A DNA stretch of 64,000 nt from Longimicrobiales bacterium (GTDB taxonomy: Bacteria > Gemmatimonadota > Gemmatimonadetes > Longimicrobiales > Gaopeijiaceae): positions 1,408,001 through 1,472,000 of the forward strand of contig CAXXKM010000001.1 of NCBI GenBank assembly GCA_963664435.2, read 5' to 3'. Both the position numbers and the translations under genes were made by a program. The notes under the pieces are model-generated. The model had not been told where the DNA came from. It saw nothing but the letters and a program-made list of their open reading frames with translations, and did no database searches. Of this stretch, positions 1 through 9,828 are shown one piece after another; position 1 is the first letter of the stretch, and each line of letters starts with the position of its first letter.

Positions 1-442
1 ACGCGAGGTCGTAGTAGGCCAGTTTGACCTGCCGCACGACTTCGGCCCTCTGCTCCCGGTATGCCTCGCTGCGATTCTCGGCTTCGGCCTCGGCGATGTC
101 CCTGCGGTCGGACAGCGTCCCGAACCAGGGGAATGCCTGGCTGAGCGAAACGCCCGACGTCTGCGGCCCGACCCGGGTCTGGGGACCCCGCAGGTGCTGG
201 GTGAAGGCAACCATCGGATTCGGGAGGGCCGCCGCCTGCGGGACGCGGGCACGCGCGGCCTGCACTTCCGACAGCGCTCCGCGTACGCGGGGGTTGCCCT
301 CCAGCGCCTCCGCGATGAGCGCGGCCAGCACTGGATCGCCGTTGTTCGCATGGGCCGGCGACTGCGCCGTGGCGCCGGACGGGCCCAGGGAATCCGAGAC
401 CGCGACTGCCAGCGCAACCGCCAGGATCCGCTTGATAGACAT
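1..442 (-). CDS. TolC family outer-membrane efflux protein (CusC/CzcC-like), 5' part, runs off the window
   Basis: Manual translation (not in ORF track): MSIKRILAVALAVAV...LIAEALEGNPRV...ALPNPMV...SLSQAFPWFG...VRQVKLAYYDL, typical outer-membrane-factor motifs; GAGGTG RBS upstream of ATG at 442. Confidence 0.85.
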   Translation of the reverse strand, partial: MSIKRILAVALAVAVSDSLGPSGATAQSPAHANNGDPVLAALIAEALEGNPRVRGALSEVQAARARVPQAAALPNPMVAFTQHLRGPQTRVGPQTSGVSLSQAFPWFGTLSDRRDIAEAEAENRSEAYREQRAEVVRQVKLAYYDLA

Positions 443-643
443 GTGCACCTCGCCATCAGGATGTCGACAGGTCCCGTGAGGGGCTGGCCCGGGATGCGAG
501 GCTACGGTCCCGAAGAGAGCGGGACTGTGTGCTACGCGGGACGGGCCTGCGACCGACTGCGGGAAAGGCTGCCTCCAGGCATGGAGACGCTTGCGCGAGT
601 CAGCCGGCCTGCACGGGTTGCGCCCCGAACGGAGCGCGGACGG

Positions 644-1048
644 TCAGGCGAGGGAGCGAGGCGGGGGTGTCTCGATGCCCATTGAGACCGCGGCGGGGAT
701 GGGCGCGATGTAGAGATTCGCCCGGACGGAGACGCCCGGGAAGCGAGCCAGGATGGTCGTTTGCGCAGTGCGCGCGGAGGCGGCGCCGCAGGCCGCGAGG
801 ATCATCAGGCACCCGCCGCTTTCGCCGTGGTGCTCGCCGTGCGGGGTCGCCGGCGCCTCCTCGGTGGAGAGATGGTGGTGGCCGGGGGGCGCCGGGGCGG
901 GCTGGGGAGCCGAGCCATGGTGCGCCGAAGCGATGGTGCGCGGGCCGGCCTCGAGCATGGGCGTGGACGCACCCATGTCACAACGGAGCGCGGCCAGCTG
1001 GGACCAGGACAGGGCCGCGAGGGCGAGGAGAGCTGCGGTGCGGCGCAT
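644..1048 (-). CDS. Small exported His/Cys-rich protein with C-terminal PPPR (CzcI/DUF2946-like leader protein)
   Basis: Signal peptide MRRTAALLALAAL, His clusters, Cys residues, ends ETPPPRSLA; directly upstream of and co-oriented with the TolC gene. Confidence 0.6.
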   Translation of the reverse strand: MRRTAALLALAALSWSQLAALRCDMGASTPMLEAGPRTIASAHHGSAPQPAPAPPGHHHLSTEEAPATPHGEHHGESGGCLMILAACGAASARTAQTTILARFPGVSVRANLYIAPIPAAVSMGIETPPPRSLA

Positions 1049-1109
1049 GAGTGCAATGTGCGCCGCGCAATGGCGGGGCGTCAACAAGGCCGCCCGGGGT
1101 CAGCCGTCC

Positions 1110-1694
1110 TCACCCCCCCGGAAGGTACTGCGCCGGAATCGGGTGGTCGGGCCCTTCCCCGAGCCAGAAGATCGACACCACCCACCAGCGCGATCCGTCG
1201 TTCATCAGCTGAATCGAGTTGATCCCGCGCGCGAACGGCTCGCGGTCGCTCGCGTTCCTGCGCGACTCGTAGGTGCTGAAGGCGTGCGCGATCACGCCGT
1301 ACTCCTCGGTCACCCGGTGGATCTCCACCTCGTGGAAGCCGTTCGCTTCGAGCGACTCGCCGACCCCGTCCGCGTACTCGTCGACCGTGATCACCCTGCG
1401 CGCGTAGGTGGAGCCGCCGCCGGGACGTCCCACCGGGCTGAGGGTCGCGCCGGACACGAACAGCGACCGGAAGCGGTCCCAGTCGCGCGCCACGCCCGCG
1501 TCGCCGGAGATGACGTCGTAAACGGCGGTGATGATGGCGTCGATGGAGGCGACGTCGGCCGGGTCGGCGGCGGGCTGCTGGGCGGTGGCGCGGGTTGGCG
1601 CCGTGGCCGCAGCTGCGCCGAACAGCGTGAGGAAAGCCGCCAGGGTGCGGAGGGAGGGCCGCGTAGCGGCGGTCTGGTGAAACCTGGTCGTCAT
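1110..1694 (-). CDS. Secreted NTF2/SnoaL-fold hypothetical protein
   Basis: 3' end of ORF 1110..4718; signal peptide then SIDAIITAVYDVISG...RDWDRFRSLF...RGINSIQL...WWVVSIFW. Confidence 0.75.
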   Translation of the reverse strand: MTTRFHQTAATRPSLRTLAAFLTLFGAAAATAPTRATAQQPAADPADVASIDAIITAVYDVISGDAGVARDWDRFRSLFVSGATLSPVGRPGGGSTYARRVITVDEYADGVGESLEANGFHEVEIHRVTEEYGVIAHAFSTYESRRNASDREPFARGINSIQLMNDGSRWWVVSIFWLGEGPDHPIPAQYLPGG

Positions 1695-1937
1695 TGGCTG
1701 GTCGCCCGTGAGGTGTGAGGGCATGGGGAAGGCTGTGTGTCCGCCGCGGCGCGCGCAGGTGTTGGAGATCCGCCGCGCACGCACCGACGGAAAACACCCC
1801 CGTCGAACCCAGGTTCCGCGGCGGTTCGCGGAAGGGCACCGGGGAGCCCGGATTGGGTAGTCATCGTCACGGCATCCGGGTCTCTCGTCCATTCCTTGCA
1901 CGGGTGCCGCAAGCAACGGCATCGGCCGGGAGGCTCC

Positions 1938-4900
1938 TTGCGCACAAGGCAGCTCGATCGGGGAGTAACGACCGGAATCTCTTGCGCCTTCGCTTCCGTT
2001 TTGCTCGCTGCATCCGCGCTCGCCCCCACGAGCACGGTCGCACAATCCACCGGCGTGATCACGGGCACCGTGACCGAGTCGAGCCACGGAGAGCCGCTCG
2101 CGACCGCCAGCGTCACCATCGCGGCGCTCTCGATCAGCGTCCTGGCCGACCGCGAGGGCCGCTACATACTGGCCGGCGTTCCCGCCGGCACCCACCTCGT
2201 CGAGGCTGCGCTCATCGGGTATGGCGCGGGCAGCGCGACGGTGACCGTGGCCGCGGGCGAGACCACCATCGCTTCCTTCAGCCTGGAAATCAGCGCGATC
2301 GCCTTCGAGGAGATCGTGGTCACGGGCTCGACCTTCGCGGAGCCCACCATCAGCTCGCCCCACGCCGTCGCGGTGTCCAATCGCGCAGCCCTCGCCGCAC
2401 AGGGTTCGCCCACCGTGCTCGACTTCTTCCGCCGGCTCGGGGCGAGCCACGGAACCCTCGGCGACCAGGGAAGCTTCTTCAACGGGTCGGCCGGCCTGCA
2501 CCCCGAGACCCTCGCCAACGTGAACCTGAGGGGGCTCGGGGCATCCCGGACCCTGGTGCTCCTCAACGGCCGCCGCCACGCCTATGTGCCGTACCGCATG
2601 GCCGGCGGGCGCTTCGTGGATACCAACAGCATCCCGGCGATCGCGCTCGAGCGCATCGAGGTGCTCAAGGAGGGCGCGTCGGCGGTCTACGGCTCGGACG
2701 CCGTCGCGGGCGTGGCCAACTTCGTGACCCGCGAGGGCTTCGAAGGGATCGAGTTCCAGGCCTCGCACGAGTACTTCCAGGCATCCGGCAGCAGCAATGT
2801 CGGCGCCATCTTCGGCAGGGAACTGGGTGGCGCGCATGCGATCGTCTCCGGGGAGTTCGTGACCCAGCGCGAGCTCCTGCCCACCGACCGCGCACACCTC
2901 CTGCAGCCCTTTCATCCGCGTGGCGGAGGCTGGTCCGGCATCGGAAACCCCGGAACCTTCATCGCCCCGAAGCTGACCGGGGAGGAGACCCTGGAGGAGT
3001 TCTCGCCGAAACTGCTCGACGCCCATGTCGGATCGGACCCCGACTTCTTCGTGGATCCCGGATGCACGCCTTTCGGGGGCCTCGCCCAGACCCTGACCTG
3101 CCGGTACCGCTATCAGCCCGCCGCCCCCGTGGTGAACGCGGCGCGCTTTCTTCGCCTTTTCGGCGAGGTTCACGGCGATCTCGGCGACCGCACCGCCTAC
3201 AACCTGGATGTCCTGACCTCCTGGTCGACAAATCCGCACTGGCGGACCTCGCCTTCGTTTCCGCCGGTGGGACTGTACGACGGAATTCAGGTCACCGCCC
3301 CCTCGCACCCGGGGAGAATCGCGTTCTGCCGCGACCAGGGCGCATCGGTGGGATTCGCCTCCGGGGACGAATGCCTCGCCGGCGACTGGTACTACTACGG
3401 ACGCATCGCCGGCAACGGACTGCTCTCGCGCGACCTGGCGCGCACGAACGAAACCCATCGCGCGTCGGCTTCGCTGAAGCGGGAGATCGAGATCTTCGGC
3501 GAAGAGGGGCACCTCGACCTCGCAACCACTTTCGCGCGCTCGCGCGGCGACGCCAACCTTCCGGCGGAATACGCCTACCGGAAGTTCCTGGCGTTCCGGG
3601 GCTTCGGCGGACCCGACTGCGGCGTCGGCGTCAGAGCGGACCGGAGCGCCATCGGGGGGATGGCGATCTCCAACCCCGGGGGCGCGCAACCCGGGCAGGG
3701 CGCCTGCCGGTACTACAACCCCTTCAGCAACGCCTGGCCGAACTCCATACAACCTGGAGCCGAGTACCATGGTGGCTCCAATCCCTGGTTCGATCCCTCG
3801 CTGGAGAACAGCCCGGAACTGATGGACTGGATCAACGAGGAAGCCTTTCTGGACAACGTCGCCAATCACTTCATCGGCGACGTCACGCTGACGGGGGGTG
3901 CGCCCGGCGACGTAGTCAACTACGCGCTCGGATACCAGTTCCGCTGGCTGGGCGTGTCGGCAACCCCCAACGACCCGAGCAATCTCGCCATCAACCCCTG
4001 TCCCATCCCGGGTGACCAGACCTGCGCGGTCCGAAGCGGCCCGTTCACCTTCACCAACAGCTTCTCGCCCTACGAGGACCAGCAGACGGTGCACCGCTTC
4101 TTCACGGAGCTTCCGCTGAACATCGGGGACCGTCTCGACGTGCAGCTCGCCGCCAACTACGAGTTCCACCGCGTCGCGTCCAGCTTCGACCCCAAGCTCG
4201 CGCTCAGATATCGCTTCGCCAAAGGCGACGGGTACAACCTGTCGTTCAGGGGATCGCTCCAGACGACCTTCCGGACGCCCTCGGTGGACGACACCAATAC
4301 CGATCCGGTCACGACGCTGCAGTTCGTGCGCCAGACAGGCTCCTACAAGGCGATCGACAGCTTCGGATCGACCGATCTCGTGCCCGAGGAGGCGTTTACG
4401 TTCAACCTCGGGGCCATCGTCCTGGCCGAGGAGGCGAGGGTGACAGTGGACTACTGGAGCTACGACTTCAGGAACCTGATCAACGTCATTCCCCACGCCG
4501 GCATCACCGAGCTCTACGACCAGGGAGGCGCCGCCCGCCGGGCGGTCAGTGAACTCGTAACCTGCCCCGACGGCAAGGGCACCGGCACCTGCGAAGCCGA
4601 GCAGATCGAGCGCGTGGAGATCTACCTCACCAATTGGCCCGGGATGAAGACCTCGGGCATCGACTGGCACGCCCATACCCATTTCGACTCGCCGCTTCCC
4701 GCCGGGCTCGCGAGGCACCTGCCGGGCATGGATCTGGGCCTGGACGGCACTTGGACCCTGAGCTACGACACCCGGGAGTTCGCATACAACGGAAGCCGCA
4801 TCCAGGCGCCGTCGGAGGCGGTCGGGCAGCTGAACCGGTACAACCCCATCGCGTTCCCGGTCCCGCGGCTCAAGACCCGGGTCGACCTGGGGTTACACGG

Positions 4901-5183
4901 GGAACGGATGAGCTTTGCGGCCTACGCCAACTTCACCTCGTCCTACAGCGACGAGAGCCAGGAGGAGACCTCCGGGTATCGCGACATCCGCAGCCACCTG
5001 ACCTTCGACTTCAGCCTGTCCACCAAGGTGGGAGGGTTCGACGTGGTGCTGTCGGCGGTCAACCTCGCCGACGCGCCACCGCCGGTCGTGAACCAGGAGA
5101 TGTTCTACGACCCGGCCACGCACGACGCGCGCGGGCGGCGCGTGAAACTGTCGCTGACAAGGAGGATGGGGAGCGCGGGCTGA
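1938..5183 (+). CDS. TonB-dependent receptor with N-terminal carboxypeptidase-regulatory-like domain
   Basis: EEIVVTGS, plug motifs NLRGLGASRTLVLLNGRR and IERIEVLKEGASAVYGSDAVAGVANF; probable TTG start at 1938 after GGGAGG. Confidence 0.93.
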   Translation: MRTRQLDRGVTTGISCAFASVLLAASALAPTSTVAQSTGVITGTVTESSHGEPLATASVTIAALSISVLADREGRYILAGVPAGTHLVEAALIGYGAGSATVTVAAGETTIASFSLEISAIAFEEIVVTGSTFAEPTISSPHAVAVSNRAALAAQGSPTVLDFFRRLGASHGTLGDQGSFFNGSAGLHPETLANVNLRGLGASRTLVLLNGRRHAYVPYRMAGGRFVDTNSIPAIALERIEVLKEGASAVYGSDAVAGVANFVTREGFEGIEFQASHEYFQASGSSNVGAIFGRELGGAHAIVSGEFVTQRELLPTDRAHLLQPFHPRGGGWSGIGNPGTFIAPKLTGEETLEEFSPKLLDAHVGSDPDFFVDPGCTPFGGLAQTLTCRYRYQPAAPVVNAARFLRLFGEVHGDLGDRTAYNLDVLTSWSTNPHWRTSPSFPPVGLYDGIQVTAPSHPGRIAFCRDQGASVGFASGDECLAGDWYYYGRIAGNGLLSRDLARTNETHRASASLKREIEIFGEEGHLDLATTFARSRGDANLPAEYAYRKFLAFRGFGGPDCGVGVRADRSAIGGMAISNPGGAQPGQGACRYYNPFSNAWPNSIQPGAEYHGGSNPWFDPSLENSPELMDWINEEAFLDNVANHFIGDVTLTGGAPGDVVNYALGYQFRWLGVSATPNDPSNLAINPCPIPGDQTCAVRSGPFTFTNSFSPYEDQQTVHRFFTELPLNIGDRLDVQLAANYEFHRVASSFDPKLALRYRFAKGDGYNLSFRGSLQTTFRTPSVDDTNTDPVTTLQFVRQTGSYKAIDSFGSTDLVPEEAFTFNLGAIVLAEEARVTVDYWSYDFRNLINVIPHAGITELYDQGGAARRAVSELVTCPDGKGTGTCEAEQIERVEIYLTNWPGMKTSGIDWHAHTHFDSPLPAGLARHLPGMDLGLDGTWTLSYDTREFAYNGSRIQAPSEAVGQLNRYNPIAFPVPRLKTRVDLGLHGERMSFAAYANFTSSYSDESQEETSGYRDIRSHLTFDFSLSTKVGGFDVVLSAVNLADAPPPVVNQEMFYDPATHDARGRRVKLSLTRRMGSAG

Positions 5184-5204
5184 ACGCGGACCCGCTTCGC
5201 TACC

Positions 5205-6575
5205 TCACATGATCACCCGCCGCATGTACTGCCTGACCTTCTCCATGTATTTCTCGAAGAAGTGCTTCTGGATGTCGTTCATGTCGAGCTCGCGGCCCTG
5301 GATGTAGGCCTGCTCGATGTCGCTGGTCATGTCGAGCGGCGTGCCCGTCGTGATGAGGAAGGTCGCCTGCTTGCCGGGCTCCAGCGAACCGACCCGGTCG
5401 GCGAGTCCCAGGAACTCCGCGGGGTTGATGGTCACCGCCCTCAGCGCCTCGTCCTCCGGCAGCCCGAACGCAACCGCCACCCCCGCCTCGAAGGGCAGCC
5501 GGTTCGAGTACAGCGAGCCCGAGCCGCCCGAGATCGCGAAGCGAACGCCCGCCTCGTGCAGCCGCGCCGGCATCGAGTAGGCGCCGTCGTAGCCCTCGTA
5601 GTCCCGGCCGGGGGCGGCCATGGTCGACGTCAGGATGACCGGGATGTCCTCGGCGACCAGGCGGTCCGCCACGTGGATGGCGTCGCGACCACCGCGGATG
5701 ACGATCCTGAGGTTCTCCTCCTGCGCCCAGGTGACGGCGTCGTTGATCTGCGCTGCGCCGTCGGCCGCGACCACCACGGGAAGCTCCCCGTTGAAGACCG
5801 GCATCATCGCCAGATAGCGGGAGTCGCTGCGCACCTCCTCGCCGGCGGCGACCGCGTCCCGATACGCCCGCGCCTCGGCGAAGAAGCTCTTCAGTTGCTG
5901 CACCTGTTCCTCGTAGCTCGGCGGGTCCTCCTGCTGACCGAAGCCGAAGCCGCCGAACCCGCGGAAGCGGCGGGGATTGGGGTTCGGCCAGTTCACGTTG
6001 AGCGCGGCGGCCGACTGCATCGACATCTCCTCCCAGCTCCAGCCCTCGAGGGCCATCGCGGAAGACATGCCTGAGACGAGGCCGCCGTCGGGGGTCGTGA
6101 GCGTCGTGAGCACACCGGCCGATCGGGTCGTGCCGATGTGCCGGCTCTCGGCGTTGACCGCGACGTCCGCGCGCACGTTCGGGTTGAAGTCCCCCAGCTC
6201 GTTGACGTCGCTGGAGACCCCCACCGCCCCGATCTCGGCGATCCCCACCGTGCTGTAGGCGTCGATGAGCCCGGGATAGATGTGCTTCCCGGCCGCGTCG
6301 ACCACGCGGGTCCCGTCCGGAATCTCCAGATCGGCGCCAACCGCGGTGATCACCCCGTTCTCGAAGAGGATGGTCCCGTTCTCGATGACACCGCTCGTAA
6401 CCGTGTGAATGGTCGCTCCGCGCAAGGCCATCGGCTCGGCCTGCGGGGGGACCGTCATGCGCACCTGGGCCTCGATGGCCGCCGGCGCCAACAGCCACAG
6501 CGCCAGAGCCGCGCAGGCGGTGCCGCCCGCCCGTGACCAGGTCTCCGTTGTCGCCCGTCGCTCGATCGTCGTCAT
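5205..6575 (-). CDS. Secreted amidohydrolase-family protein (metal ligands degenerate)
   Basis: ALRGATIHTV...IYPGLIDAYS...TINPAEFLG...GSLEPGKQATF; ATG overlaps the TGA of the upstream gene at 6575. Confidence 0.88.
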   Translation of the reverse strand: MTTIERRATTETWSRAGGTACAALALWLLAPAAIEAQVRMTVPPQAEPMALRGATIHTVTSGVIENGTILFENGVITAVGADLEIPDGTRVVDAAGKHIYPGLIDAYSTVGIAEIGAVGVSSDVNELGDFNPNVRADVAVNAESRHIGTTRSAGVLTTLTTPDGGLVSGMSSAMALEGWSWEEMSMQSAAALNVNWPNPNPRRFRGFGGFGFGQQEDPPSYEEQVQQLKSFFAEARAYRDAVAAGEEVRSDSRYLAMMPVFNGELPVVVAADGAAQINDAVTWAQEENLRIVIRGGRDAIHVADRLVAEDIPVILTSTMAAPGRDYEGYDGAYSMPARLHEAGVRFAISGGSGSLYSNRLPFEAGVAVAFGLPEDEALRAVTINPAEFLGLADRVGSLEPGKQATFLITTGTPLDMTSDIEQAYIQGRELDMNDIQKHFFEKYMEKVRQYMRRVIM

Positions 6576-9571
6576 CAGTTTCTCTCCATCTGAGCGTTCC
6601 GGTCGCCGTTGCCTACGGACAGGATGGCCTGAATGAGCTGCGTGCGTTCCTGTTCGATCCGGTCGCGCATCGCCGCGTCCTCCTCGAGCGAGAAGTACCG
6701 GCGGCCGTCGACCCAGGTCTGCTCGGCGCGCGAGAACTGCGAGAGCGGGTTGCCGCTCCAGATCACGAAGTCCGCGTCCTTGCCGGCCTCCAGCGAACCG
6801 ACATGGTCGTGGATCGCCACTGCCTGCGCCGCCTGGTTGGTCACCGTCGACAGGGCCTGCTCGGGGGTGAGCCCCGTGCGCAGCAGCTTGCCCGCCTCCC
6901 AGTTCATGCGGCTGGCGATCTCGCTGTTGTCGGAGTGCAGCGAGGTGACGACCCCGGCCTCGATGAGGATGCGGGCGTTGTACACCGTCGCGTCGTAGGC
7001 CTCGAGCTTGAAGGCGCCCCAGTCGCTCCAGACCACCGCAGCGACTCCCGACGCGGCGAGCTCGGGCGCGATCTTGTAGGCCTCGACCCCGTGCTGCAGC
7101 GTCTGGACCCGGAAGCCGAACTCCTCCGCCAGCCGGACCAGCGCAAGGAACTCGTCCGCGCGATAGCCGTGCGACGAGATGAGGAGCTCCTGGTCGAGGA
7201 TGTCGAGGATCGCCTCCATGCGCAGGTCCCGCCTCGGGGGCAGTCCCTCCTGGTTCTCCTCCCACCGCTGCCACTCGCGCTCGTAGTCGCGCGCGGCCAT
7301 GAAGTGGTCGCGGATGATCTCCTGCGTCCCCATGCGGGTGTCGGGATAGCGGCCCTGACGCCGCTTCGGGTTCTCGCCCAGCGCAAACTTCACCGTGCGG
7401 GGCGCGTCCTCGAGCTTGAGATCCTCGGGCAGCGAGCCCCAGCGCATCTTCACGAAGACGTTCTCGCCCCCGATGGGATTTGCGGATCCGTGCTTGATGT
7501 GCGCCGTGGTGAGTCCGCCGGCCAACTGCCGGTACATCCAGATGTTGTTGTGGGTCACGACGTCGCCCATGCGCACCTCGGGGACGATCGCGAAGCCGCT
7601 CTCGTTCACGGCGCTGACGCCCGAATGGATGTGCGGATCGATCATCCCCGGCGTCACGTGCTTGCCGGCGGCGTCGATCTCGACCGCGCCGCCCGGCGCG
7701 TCGATGTCCATGCCGACCGCCTCGACCGTCCCGGCGCGAACCAGGAGGTCGGCGCCCTCGAGGATGCCCTGCGGACCCTGGGTCCAGACCGTCGCGTTGC
7801 GCACCACGACCGCGGCGGGCTGCTCCGGGATCGAGGTGCGGCCGTAGTCCATCATCGGCCGGATGAACGGCAGGTCGATCTCGGGCACGTCCATCGCCAC
7901 GGTGCCGCGCGCCGGGCCCTCGAAGGGCTCGGTGCGCATGCCGCGGAAGGACGGGTCCGCCCCGTTGGGCAGCGAAGTCCATCCGAAGAAATCGTCGCCC
8001 CGCACCGAACCCGACAGGAGCGCCATGCCCTGATAGCCGAGCACCTCGCCGTTGAAGCGGACGTCGATCCGGCCGGTCTCCGCGACCGCGCTGGCCGATT
8101 CGAGCTCGACCCGCGCACCGCCCGGCAGTTCGGGCCCGGTGCTGGCGATATCAAGGTGGCCGCGCAACCGGTTCAACGGACCCTCCAGAACGAGAACCGC
8201 TTCGAAGCCCCAGTCGTCGTCCGAGGAGATCTCCCAGCTTCCGCGCGGATCGATCTGGGCCGGGCGGGTCACGCCGTAGACTCTTCCCTGCACCCAGACG
8301 TCGCGGACCGTCGCCTCCTCGGCGAAGAGGTCGCCCTCGCTCACGATCAGGTTGGCCACCTTGCCCTCGGCGATGGTCCCGTGGGTGCGATCGATGCCGA
8401 GCCAGGAGGCCGGCGTGGTGGTGAGCGCCGCCAGTGCATCGTCCGCCTCAAGCCCCCGCGCCACGGCGACGCGCAGATTGGGCAGAAACTCGTTCAGCGA
8501 CGAAAGGCCGTCGGTCGTGATGGCGAAGCGCACCCCGGCGTCGGCCAGCTGCGCCGCGCTGGTTGGCGCCAGGTACCAGTGCCGCAGGTCTGCGAGGGAG
8601 GCATCCAGTGCGGCTCCCGGATGACCCACGTCCGGCGCGTCCGGGAAATCGAGCGGAACGATGAGGGGATCGCTTCGCCCCCGAAGCACGTCGATGAGCC
8701 TGTATTCGAGGCCGTTCCCGCGGTACCACGCCTCAAGCTCGAACTCCGACGCCAGACGATGCGCGCGCAGGTATTCCTCCTCGCTGCCGGTCTCGAAGAT
8801 GACCGGCTGATCGCCGTGCGTCGCATCCTGGAGCGCCGCCAGCGCTTCGCTGGTCTCCGGAGGCAGGAAGGCGCGGCCGCTCGCCTCGTACGCATCCCAG
8901 GCGCGCTCGTACCAGTCGGCGTCCATGAACGTCTGCTTCATCAGCGCAATCGTGCCCATCGCGGAGTTGGGATACGATCCGCCCAGCTCGAAGGAGCGCT
9001 GGAAGCCGATGGCCTGGGCGATGTCGGGGCGCAGCACCCGATCACGCACCCCCTCGTCCCCGAGCGTGACCAGCGAAGCGGTGCCCCGGAAGATGCCCTG
9101 GCTGGGCACGGCCAGCGCCGCGCCGAACCCCTGCGAGCGGAGCGCGGCGCGCCGACCGGCATCGTCCCGAAGATTCCGCGTGGTGGAGAACCAGGCCCGC
9201 ACCTGCGGATTCCAGTGCGTGGGACCGATGTCGCCGTCCTCCGGCACGTCGTCCATTCCGAGATCCGCGTGGGCGTCGATGAAGCCCGGGTACACCGTGA
9301 GCCCCTCGAGATCCCATACGCGCGCGCCCGCTGGCGCGCCCCCGCCTCCGACCTCCTGGATGAGGCCGTCGCGGATCACGATCGTGGCGTCGTCCATGAC
9401 CTGCCCCGGCCCGGTCACTACCCGTGCCCCCACCAGAGCGTGGAACCCGGTGCCGTTGTCGCGCATGCCTTCGACCGGCTGGGTTCGGGTCGCCTGCTGG
9501 GCATCGGCGCCCGTCGCCAGGGCGGCCGCGAGCCCCATCGTCCCGAGTATTGCCTTCACATAACCCCCCAT
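6575..9571 (-). CDS. Secreted two-domain amidohydrolase-family protein
   Basis: Two amidohydrolase barrels: YPGFIDAHAD...GTIAEGKVANL and TPGMIDPHIH...GSLEAGKDADFVIW; signal peptide. Confidence 0.9.
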   Translation of the reverse strand: MGGYVKAILGTMGLAAALATGADAQQATRTQPVEGMRDNGTGFHALVGARVVTGPGQVMDDATIVIRDGLIQEVGGGGAPAGARVWDLEGLTVYPGFIDAHADLGMDDVPEDGDIGPTHWNPQVRAWFSTTRNLRDDAGRRAALRSQGFGAALAVPSQGIFRGTASLVTLGDEGVRDRVLRPDIAQAIGFQRSFELGGSYPNSAMGTIALMKQTFMDADWYERAWDAYEASGRAFLPPETSEALAALQDATHGDQPVIFETGSEEEYLRAHRLASEFELEAWYRGNGLEYRLIDVLRGRSDPLIVPLDFPDAPDVGHPGAALDASLADLRHWYLAPTSAAQLADAGVRFAITTDGLSSLNEFLPNLRVAVARGLEADDALAALTTTPASWLGIDRTHGTIAEGKVANLIVSEGDLFAEEATVRDVWVQGRVYGVTRPAQIDPRGSWEISSDDDWGFEAVLVLEGPLNRLRGHLDIASTGPELPGGARVELESASAVAETGRIDVRFNGEVLGYQGMALLSGSVRGDDFFGWTSLPNGADPSFRGMRTEPFEGPARGTVAMDVPEIDLPFIRPMMDYGRTSIPEQPAAVVVRNATVWTQGPQGILEGADLLVRAGTVEAVGMDIDAPGGAVEIDAAGKHVTPGMIDPHIHSGVSAVNESGFAIVPEVRMGDVVTHNNIWMYRQLAGGLTTAHIKHGSANPIGGENVFVKMRWGSLPEDLKLEDAPRTVKFALGENPKRRQGRYPDTRMGTQEIIRDHFMAARDYEREWQRWEENQEGLPPRRDLRMEAILDILDQELLISSHGYRADEFLALVRLAEEFGFRVQTLQHGVEAYKIAPELAASGVAAVVWSDWGAFKLEAYDATVYNARILIEAGVVTSLHSDNSEIASRMNWEAGKLLRTGLTPEQALSTVTNQAAQAVAIHDHVGSLEAGKDADFVIWSGNPLSQFSRAEQTWVDGRRYFSLEEDAAMRDRIEQERTQLIQAILSVGNGDRNAQMERN

Positions 9572-9828
9572 TTGTCACCCCTGCGTGAATCGCCTCGTTT
9601 CCATAATCCCGACCGGCCCTCGTTCGAGCCCGACGGGGTGCGAGTAACTCTGATGACTACGCTTCCCATGGCGTCCGGTCAATCGGCGGTTGTATGGTGT
9701 CGAGTTCGCCCGGCTCACTCCGGGTTGTAGCCCTCGACGCCCGGAGGGCCGAGTATCCGCCCGCCGCTCCCGTGCGCGCCGGGCATCTCCGATCGACGGG
9801 AAACACGGGCCAACCAGGATCACAGGCG

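Noticed and set aside
1695..4718. 1202-aa minus-strand ORF and many other long overlapping ORFs (e.g. 6533..9730, 36712..40239)
   Set aside because: Antisense or alternate-frame shadows of real genes in high-GC DNA, with no family motifs; only 1110..1694 of the first ORF is a real gene
9649..9690. CTGATGA, a hammerhead or box motif
   Set aside because: No stem II followed by GAAA, so the ribozyme core is incomplete
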